Assembly (NCBI GenBank): GCA_032128875.1
Contig: JAVLKG010000003.1
Span: 1,035,757-1,099,756, forward strand
DNA from: Candidatus Melainabacteria bacterium 17Bon1m
Lineage (GTDB): Bacteria > Cyanobacteriota > Vampirovibrionia > Obscuribacterales > Obscuribacteraceae
Direction of reading: 5' to 3'
DNA length: 64,000 nucleotides
A program made the translations under genes and the position numbers. Shown here one piece after another: positions 56,983 through 64,000 of the stretch; position 1 is the stretch's first letter; each line of letters starts with the position of its first letter. Under the pieces are notes generated by a model. That model saw nothing but the letters and a program-made list of their open reading frames with translations, made no database searches and was not told where the DNA came from.

Positions 56983-58882
56983 GCCCTAGTTTTTGACAAT
57001 AAACTGAGACCAGAACGTATTCATCTATGTTCTGGTCTCCTCTTTTTTGCACCCAATCAAATTGAGTTTTCGCCTCTGCGATTTTCTTGTTTTGCAACAA
57101 GTAAATGCCAAGAAAAAGACGATCACGTGTTTCTGTGTTGCCGCTAGCTGAAGCTTTAAGCATTGCCTCTTGCTGTTTCTTCCCAAGCAGAAATTCGAGA
57201 ATAGGAACCGTATTCGAAGGGGTCATGCGCTTTTCTGCAATCTTCAAAATCTCGTCCGCTTCTTTAGGTTGTCCGTTTTCTCGAAGGGTAAGAACCAATA
57301 AGCTCGCGGCATAAGACGACGAACGTCCTACCCACTTCGACAGTCTCAAAAAGCTGCGGAGGTCTTCGATACCGCCCGGCAAATTTTCTAGCGCAATTCT
57401 GAGCAAGGCTCGGTCGTGATATGGAGCCGATTGAGACGGAATGGTAGAAATGATTTTGCTGTAACGCGCGCTCTCCTTAATGAGCTCTTCCTTTGTTATG
57501 GCGCGGGTTGCACCCTGAACGTTGTTGCCAGTCTGCCCATCTGCAAAACTCAACTCGAGATTGCCTCGCATCGCCTCAACGGCACTTTTGATTCTATAAA
57601 TGGACTTGTCCTTCGGTGCCAAAGCAAGTGCTCTATCTAGGTCTGCCTCTGCGGCTTCCAGGCTGTGTAATTTCGCGTAAATTTGCGCGCGATGCACGTA
57701 GCCTGTTGCATAGTTCGGACTGACGCTAACGGCTTTGTTCTCGGCTTTGATTGCCTCGCTGTAGCGCTTCAAGTCGTGCAAGCACATACCCATATCGTCC
57801 CAAGCATGTGGATTTTTGTCGTTTAGTTTGACGGATTTTTCCAACTCGACAAGAGCCTCTCTTGGTCTTTCTAATCCGATATAGCAGAGCCCCCTAAATC
57901 GGTACTCCTCGGCGGTTTTGGCCGGCACTTGAAGAATGCGTTTTAAATATGGCGCACCTTCTTTTAGACGTTTGGAATTTATGAAAATGAGCCCCATTCG
58001 CATAAGTGCTCTAGTATTGCCGGGCTTCATTTGTTCTTGCTTCTTGGCCATTACGAGAGCCGCGTCATAATTTTCCTGATTCAAATAGCAGTCAGCCATT
58101 CCTCCGTATGCTTCGAAAAGCGAAGGGTCTATTGCTACTGCTTGTTTGAAATATTCGATGCCTTTGTCTAGCTTATTCGAATTGAGACATTCCATGCCCT
58201 TCTCGGTGAGCAGCACGGGATTCTTTGGATTTACTTTTAGCGCATCATCTACTAGCCGGTCTCTATGAAAGGTAGTTTCGACAAACTCATTTTCAGGATC
58301 ACTACGGACAATATTTGCTCGTCTTATATCGCCTTCCGCTCTCTGTGGCTGACCAAGCATTTGATACGCTTTTGCTCTTCCGGCGTAAGCTTCGGACAGA
58401 TGGGTAGTTTGTTGAATTGCCTCATTGAAGTCTTTTAGGGCCAGCTCAGGCTTTCCTTGGCGGAGATATACACGCCCTCTATTACACTTAGCCTTTGGCG
58501 ATACCGTGAAAGCCTTAATTGTCAGATTGAAGTCTTCAATCGCTTCTTGATCTCGACCAAGACTGCCATGCGCAACGCCTCTCGCCGTGCATGCATTGAT
58601 GACATACATGTGATGGTTTTTGATCTCGAAGTATTGCTCTGGAGTCTTAACTTTTGACATCACCACAAGAGTATTATGGTAGTCACTACTCCAATTATTT
58701 GATGATTGCTTAATTGCTTTGCTGAGAGGAACAAGTGCCTCTGCGAACTTTCGAGCTTCTAATAATCTCAGTCCATCACCCAGCCAAAACTTTTCTTTTG
58801 CTGTCGCTGGCACCGCCATTGATACCGCTGCTGATGCAATGAATGAAATGATGAATGTTGTTGGTTTGGGTAATTTGGTCAA
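56942..58882 (-). CDS. Secreted TPR protein with NlpI-like C-terminus
   Basis: Signal peptide and many TPRs; 3' end overlaps nrdB by 41 nt. Confidence 0.88.
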   Translation of the reverse strand: MTKLPKPTTFIISFIASAAVSMAVPATAKEKFWLGDGLRLLEARKFAEALVPLSKAIKQSSNNWSSDYHNTLVVMSKVKTPEQYFEIKNHHMYVINACTARGVAHGSLGRDQEAIEDFNLTIKAFTVSPKAKCNRGRVYLRQGKPELALKDFNEAIQQTTHLSEAYAGRAKAYQMLGQPQRAEGDIRRANIVRSDPENEFVETTFHRDRLVDDALKVNPKNPVLLTEKGMECLNSNKLDKGIEYFKQAVAIDPSLFEAYGGMADCYLNQENYDAALVMAKKQEQMKPGNTRALMRMGLIFINSKRLKEGAPYLKRILQVPAKTAEEYRFRGLCYIGLERPREALVELEKSVKLNDKNPHAWDDMGMCLHDLKRYSEAIKAENKAVSVSPNYATGYVHRAQIYAKLHSLEAAEADLDRALALAPKDKSIYRIKSAVEAMRGNLELSFADGQTGNNVQGATRAITKEELIKESARYSKIISTIPSQSAPYHDRALLRIALENLPGGIEDLRSFLRLSKWVGRSSSYAASLLVLTLRENGQPKEADEILKIAEKRMTPSNTVPILEFLLGKKQQEAMLKASASGNTETRDRLFLGIYLLQNKKIAEAKTQFDWVQKRGDQNIDEYVLVSVYCQKLGLIPKKERRQSDNR

Positions 58883-59452
58883 TTAGTTGTTGCCGTACAT
58901 GTCCGGCGGCTTCAAGTCGCCCGTGCCGTCATCATCGGTGCCGACCGGAAATCCTAAGATATTGCCCGAAGACATGAAGAAGTGCTTCCATGATTGCGCG
59001 TACCACTTAAGAAAACCCGCGCGCTTTTGCTTCGGCTGCTTGCTGTTGTTTTGGTTGTTGCCGTTGCCTTGTGCCATATCATAGTTGTAGGCGTCTTGGG
59101 CTCTCGGATCGACTGCCGGTGTTCCGCCCCCATTGCTCGCTTGAGTGCCCGGACTCACATTCGGACGATTGGGCAATTGGATTGGATAAGTCGATGCGCC
59201 TCGTGTTCCTTCCGTCGGGTAAATCTGTTTTTGACCCGGATATTCAGGGTCGAGGTGAGTAGCTCTGTCTACCGGCACGCTGGCATCTTCCATCGCGTCA
59301 GGATCAATGTTGGCGCCAGAACCGAAGAATGATCTCGGGTCGTCACCGGTGATTGTGCCGCTGTTGCCGTACTGTTCTTTCTGGGCGTGCGCGGGAAGGC
59401 AAAATCCAGCAATGAGGAGCGAGGAGATTGCGATAACAGAGATTCTTTTCAT
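58883..59452 (-). CDS. Secreted low-complexity hypothetical protein
   Basis: Signal peptide ending PAHA; Pro/Gly/Asp-rich. Confidence 0.75.
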   Translation of the reverse strand: MKRISVIAISSLLIAGFCLPAHAQKEQYGNSGTITGDDPRSFFGSGANIDPDAMEDASVPVDRATHLDPEYPGQKQIYPTEGTRGASTYPIQLPNRPNVSPGTQASNGGGTPAVDPRAQDAYNYDMAQGNGNNQNNSKQPKQKRAGFLKWYAQSWKHFFMSSGNILGFPVGTDDDGTGDLKPPDMYGNN

Positions 59453-59615
59453 AAACACTCACGGTTGTGACGGTCTTGGCAGCGTTTTTATAGCATGCCA
59501 CAGCGCTTATTCCATTAGCGAAAAAACACCTAAAGGGGAAGCCACGCGGCTTCTCATCAGGAAAACGCTTGCCCTTTCCATCAGAAAAACGCGCAGAGGT
59601 CCGTGCGGCGTCCGT

Positions 59616-61106
59616 TTACGAACCGTTGCTGTGCGCACCTGCAAATGCACTCTTGAGCGCGTTTTGCCAACCGCTGTATTCGAGCTTACGATCCGATTGC
59701 GGTGTAACCTTTACATCTTGTTGCCACTGGCTCTGAATTTCATCCAACGAGCTAAAGATGCCTGCGCTCAGTCCTGCTAAAGCCGCAACTCCCCATGCTG
59801 TCGATTCGACTTGCGCAGCGCGTACTACCGGAATATTGAGAACATCGGCCTGGAACTGAATCATAAACCCATTTTTTGTGGCGCCACCGTCTACACGCAG
59901 CTCAGAGATTTGAATGCCGTTTTTGCGCATATCTTCCGCGACATCTCTGATTTGATACGCCATGGATTCGAGGGCTGCGCGCGCCAGGTGCGCACGTCCA
60001 CTTCCTCTGGTCAGACCGACGATGGTTCCGCGAACATCTGAATTCCACCATGGAGAGCCGAGTCCAACAAGCGCGGGGACGAAGTAAACGCCTTCGTTGT
60101 CTTTGAGCGACGTCGCCAACGCTTCGGTTTCTTCGCTTGATTCTATGATGCCGAGCCCATCGCGCAGCCACTGGACAGCGGCGCCGGCGACAAAGATGGC
60201 ACCTTCGAAAGCGTAGACAGCTTTTTCGCCTTTCAATTGCCATCCGACTGTCGTCAGAAGACCGGTCGTGTGTTTTGGTGTGTTGCCGATATTTGCAAGC
60301 AAAAAACTTCCCGTGCCGTAAGTGCATTTTGCCATGCCAGGCTCGAAGCAACCTTGACCAAACAACGCAGCTTGTTGGTCGCCCAAGTCAGCAGAAATTG
60401 GTGCTGAAAAACCTACAAGTTCTTTTTTGATAGTTCCGAACTCGCCATTGGATGGTATCACCCGTGGCATCATTGATTTGGGAACGCCTATGATTTTCAG
60501 CAGCTCGTCGTCCCACTCCAACGTTTCAATGTTATAGAGCATGGTGCGTGAAGCATTGCTGGGCTCAGTGTAGTGATTTTTTTCTTCCGTGAGATTCCAG
60601 ATCAACCAGGTGTCGATTGTTCCAAATAGCAATTTCCCTTCGTCTGCGAGTTTCTTTGCACCGTCAACGTTGTCCAAAATCCACTTGATTTTTGGACCTG
60701 AGAAATATGCATCAGGAACAAGCCCCGTTTTATTGCGTATCAGATCCGCGTGTTTTTCTTTGATCTTTTCCGCTATATCAGCCGTTCTTCTGCACTGCCA
60801 AACGATTGCATTGTAAATTGGTTTGCCAGTTTCTTTGTTCCAAACAACAGTTGTTTCGCGTTGGTTGGTGATACCAATGCTGGCGATGTCCGCAGGTTTT
60901 ACACGAGCGTTTTTAACTGCTTCTTTAATGCACTCAATTTGAGTCGTCACGATCTCTTCGGGATCGTGCTCTACCCAACTTGGCTTTGGAAAAATTTGCT
61001 TGAACTCTTTTTGTCCAACACCTAAAACACTGCCGGACGGATCAAAGACTATTGCTCGGCAGCTTGTGGTTCCTTGATCGATGCTGAGTATGTACTTATT
61101 GGACAT
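59616..61106 (-). CDS. glpK: Glycerol kinase
   Basis: IDQGTTS, GITNQRETT, WQCRR, YFSG.K, GDQQAALFG, TYGTG, DGGA. Confidence 0.97.
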   Translation of the reverse strand: MSNKYILSIDQGTTSCRAIVFDPSGSVLGVGQKEFKQIFPKPSWVEHDPEEIVTTQIECIKEAVKNARVKPADIASIGITNQRETTVVWNKETGKPIYNAIVWQCRRTADIAEKIKEKHADLIRNKTGLVPDAYFSGPKIKWILDNVDGAKKLADEGKLLFGTIDTWLIWNLTEEKNHYTEPSNASRTMLYNIETLEWDDELLKIIGVPKSMMPRVIPSNGEFGTIKKELVGFSAPISADLGDQQAALFGQGCFEPGMAKCTYGTGSFLLANIGNTPKHTTGLLTTVGWQLKGEKAVYAFEGAIFVAGAAVQWLRDGLGIIESSEETEALATSLKDNEGVYFVPALVGLGSPWWNSDVRGTIVGLTRGSGRAHLARAALESMAYQIRDVAEDMRKNGIQISELRVDGGATKNGFMIQFQADVLNIPVVRAAQVESTAWGVAALAGLSAGIFSSLDEIQSQWQQDVKVTPQSDRKLEYSGWQNALKSAFAGAHSNGS

Positions 61107-61263
61107 TGGGACAGAAGACCTCGACAGTCGCTAAGCGGCGAACCTGGCACTCTTTTCGGGCGCAGGAAGGTGAAATCATAGCCGAATTCGCCCCGTCTCG
61201 CGTTAGATCTGAACGGAGTCTGTCTAGAATGAAAGTGTGGGCTATTACCAACGAGGGAAATTA

Positions 61264-61497
61264 ATGCTCCCCAATCCTCCGGATTCGACTCTTAAGAACT
61301 GTTGTTCTATTTGCGGGAAACCTTTGGAATCAGGGCTCATACCAATGCCTTCCGCGCCCGGGGTGGCGAAAAAACACTGCGGGGGCTGTAACAGTGACGT
61401 TTGCGCGACTCACTACAGTGATTCAAGGAAGCGTTGCGTCCGATGCACAGCGGGGAAAGATACCTGGTGCAAAATTCCTGAATTGCCAAAACCCTAG
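61264..61497 (+). CDS. Small zinc-finger-like protein
   Basis: CSIC...CGGC...CATH...CVRC; GAGGG RBS. Confidence 0.7.
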   Translation: MLPNPPDSTLKNCCSICGKPLESGLIPMPSAPGVAKKHCGGCNSDVCATHYSDSRKRCVRCTAGKDTWCKIPELPKP

Positions 61498-61650
61498 CCC
61501 TGCTTGCCTCAAGACTGCTAGATAAAACTTGCTTGGGTGTGGGAGAAACCGCCTCACACCTTTTCCAATAATGCCTCTATGATGCTCCCAGCCTGAAAAG
61601 GAAGCATCTGCATCCCGGCGTTTCTGAGCGCCAGCGTGATAGGTCATTAA

Positions 61651-62391
61651 ATGCGAAAACCTAACCAGAGTTGGCATCTTAAGCTCTCAAGACTTTTAGG
61701 AAAGCTACTTGTCGCGGCGATTTTGCCGGCATTGCTTCTGGGAGTCAGCGTACCGAGCGCTTTGGCTCAAGACATGGCAGGACCGTCCTTTTCGGGGGCG
61801 GAAAGTACCAACGGGATGGTCCCGGGAATGGGAGGAAACTTCGCATCTGCGGGCTACAACCACAATGCACCGAGCAATTGGGGCCGCAATGGAGCCGGTA
61901 TGCCCGCCTCCAATATGGGACAACCTGCCGCAATCGGTTTTGCAGCGGGGCATAGCGGATATTCCAACGGCGGCGCCAATGGAAGTGGCGGATATTCGAA
62001 TGGCGGCAACTATTCAAATGGCGGCAACAACGGAAATCAGTCGGCGATTAAACTTCCCGCTTCAAATTGCTGTGGCAAGCTCACTCGCAACAGCAGTTAT
62101 TATTCCAAAGAATATTCCGGCTACATGGACAGCTTCATGCGAAACGCGACGAGCAACTCTGCTGGTATGGTAAATCCTGCACCAGGAATGAACACCATGG
62201 GTGGTGGCGCAGCATATGCACGAAACGCTGGTCGCGGAAATAACGGAACAAATGTAATGCCAGGTCAAACATTTGTGCCTGGACAATTTCCCGGACAAAT
62301 GCCTGGTCAGATGTCCGGACAAAGTAATTATGGACAAATGGGCGCGCCAGGACAAGTCGCTGTTCCTGGACAGGTTCCTGGTTTGAACTAA
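61651..62391 (+). CDS. Secreted G/N/S/Q/M-rich low-complexity protein
   Basis: Signal peptide ending ALA; YSNGG and PGQ repeats. Confidence 0.75.
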   Translation: MRKPNQSWHLKLSRLLGKLLVAAILPALLLGVSVPSALAQDMAGPSFSGAESTNGMVPGMGGNFASAGYNHNAPSNWGRNGAGMPASNMGQPAAIGFAAGHSGYSNGGANGSGGYSNGGNYSNGGNNGNQSAIKLPASNCCGKLTRNSSYYSKEYSGYMDSFMRNATSNSAGMVNPAPGMNTMGGGAAYARNAGRGNNGTNVMPGQTFVPGQFPGQMPGQMSGQSNYGQMGAPGQVAVPGQVPGLN

Positions 62392-62426
62392 AAGGGCACA
62401 AGTTTGGTCAGTCAGTTGAGCCGATT

Positions 62427-63851
62427 TTGAACGAGCTTGAGCTTGCGCAGGGCAAGGAAAAATCAACTGTTATAAAAGCCATTCAAGCGCTGAAGCATAG
62501 CGTAACAGCAGCGCAAGTTTCTGCCAGCACCGGCATGCCTATGGCTCGAACAATGCAGCTACTCAATCAAGTTGCCGCCGACACTGATGGCGCGCTCATC
62601 GTCAATAACCGCGGCGAGATTCAGTACAAATTTGCTCCGAACTTCCAGGACAAATATTTTGCGGACAAGCTGAAGAAGACGCTTTTCACTGCAGCGGTTT
62701 TTTTATTCGAGGCCGGCTTTTACCTCCTGCGCGTTTCCTTCGGCGTCATGCTGGTGTTTTCTCTTCTCGTAATCGTGTTGTTATTTATCGCTCTTATCCT
62801 TGGAGCGCTCGGTGATTCGGGCAGTGGTGGCGATGGTGGCAGTAGCGACTTTGGCGGATTGCCTGATGTCGGTCTCTTCGACATCGCATCGATTGGTGAC
62901 GGTTTTGCTTGGCGCTATGGTCCTGGGCATCAAGAGAAGCTATATGAACTCGAATACAACGAAGAGAAGAAAGCCAACTTTTTTCTTGAGGTGTTTTCCT
63001 TTCTCTTTGGTGATGGTGATCCAAATTCCAACATTGAAAAACAGCGCTGGCAGTACATTGCCAAACTAATCGTCGACAATGGCGGAGTAGTCACAGAAGA
63101 AGAGGTTAAGCCCCTTTTGGAGGGCGAGAAGAGTTCGATCCTTCCCGTCTTGGTTCGCTTCAATGGTCGACCGGAAGTGACTGAAAATGGCGGTATTGTT
63201 TATGTTTTCGCTGAGCTGGCGCAACAGTCGTCGGCGATTCTCGACACGCTAAATTTGCCTAGCTCTGAGGAAACGACGGAAGGAAAAATTCGCAGCAATG
63301 TTGGCGCTCGATATTATGAGATGGTGATAAAACCGCAACAAGAAGCGATGCGAAGTCAGCAACATCTACCGGTTGAGCACAGAAAAGTTACGCTTCAGAA
63401 GGTGCATCGTCCGCCATTTTTGCAGGAGAGCTTCTGGGAATTTAGCCAGTTTCCACTTTCATCGAGTCTCTGGGTGACTTCTTTAGCGGCCCTCAATTTG
63501 GCTGGCAGCTACTGGCTCTATAAGCACATCGCCACATCCGCGCTGCTTCATAGGTACGCGGCTCTCATCGACTGCCTCCTTGCATATGCTGTTATTTTCG
63601 TTGCTTTGCCTTTCATTCGAATCATCTTCAATTACTGTGTAAACTATTTTATTGAGCGGCGAAACACCGCGCGACAAAAGTCTTATGCGGTGATTGAGCG
63701 ACCCAATGCTGAGCTGAGGAAAACCATGGCCGCCGGGGCAATGCTCAGGCGAGAACTGGCACATTCGATAAACCAGCCGAGTACGGTCGTTTACACAACC
63801 GAACGCGAAAATCTGGAGCAGGAGTTCGAACAACATTTCGAGGTTCCGTAG
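62427..63851 (+). CDS. Membrane protein resembling the cyanobacterial/plastid At5g03900-like family
   Basis: N-terminal wHTH-like part, RVSFG, NFFLEVFSFLFGDGDPN..IE..RW, PVL.RFNG.PEV...G.IVY.F.EL. Confidence 0.75.
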   Translation: MNELELAQGKEKSTVIKAIQALKHSVTAAQVSASTGMPMARTMQLLNQVAADTDGALIVNNRGEIQYKFAPNFQDKYFADKLKKTLFTAAVFLFEAGFYLLRVSFGVMLVFSLLVIVLLFIALILGALGDSGSGGDGGSSDFGGLPDVGLFDIASIGDGFAWRYGPGHQEKLYELEYNEEKKANFFLEVFSFLFGDGDPNSNIEKQRWQYIAKLIVDNGGVVTEEEVKPLLEGEKSSILPVLVRFNGRPEVTENGGIVYVFAELAQQSSAILDTLNLPSSEETTEGKIRSNVGARYYEMVIKPQQEAMRSQQHLPVEHRKVTLQKVHRPPFLQESFWEFSQFPLSSSLWVTSLAALNLAGSYWLYKHIATSALLHRYAALIDCLLAYAVIFVALPFIRIIFNYCVNYFIERRNTARQKSYAVIERPNAELRKTMAAGAMLRRELAHSINQPSTVVYTTERENLEQEFEQHFEVP

Positions 63852-64000
63852 ATTTCCTGTCGGACGTCAATTAGCCCGCAGCCTAGCAACGGCTACGGCT
63901 CCGCTGCGGCAGCAGACAGCAGCGCTGTCAGCCGCCGCAGCGGCTGAGGATAGACGCGAAATTGAGTGGTTGGTCGATTTAGATTGGGCTGATTTGGTGA

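Noticed and set aside
61538..61563. CCTCACACC resembling the Yfr1 sRNA motif
   Set aside because: Imperfect match to ACUCCUCACAC and sequestered in a stem; more likely a terminator-like hairpin.

Overview
Bacterial chromosomal segment. Gene content (many TPR proteins and Ser/Thr kinases, MshEN-repeat protein, DICT-GAF-GGDEF protein, DUF4127, At5g03900-like membrane protein, no photosynthesis genes) suggests a non-photosynthetic Cyanobacteriota relative (Vampirovibrionia/Melainabacteria, Obscuribacterales-like); this is inference only. Positions 1-~7710 are one end of a prophage. All its genes are on the minus strand, starting at the 3' end of tRNA-Ala(GGC): HTH regulator, RHH protein, ERF recombinase, Hjc-type resolvase, DnaB, a lone GroES, a MazG-like protein and small hypotheticals. 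No integrase is in view. The rest is host backbone: radical SAM, TolC, HU, PucR-potA-potD, diguanylate cyclase, recJ-apt, birA, osmC-like, GNAT-cobB, NatAB-like ABC exporter, cobalamin-riboswitch-controlled nrdAB and glpK. The most interesting unexplained signals are non-coding: (i) a promoter-to-hairpin bounded ~175-nt structured RNA candidate with a possible H-type pseudoknot at 27430-27604; (ii) an 83-nt G-U-rich hairpin in the leader of the prophage early operon; (iii) three GTAG-type REP doublets; (iv) several intergenic tandem repeats. No CRISPR array, rRNA or transposase was seen. All family calls come from motif recognition by eye, not database searches.
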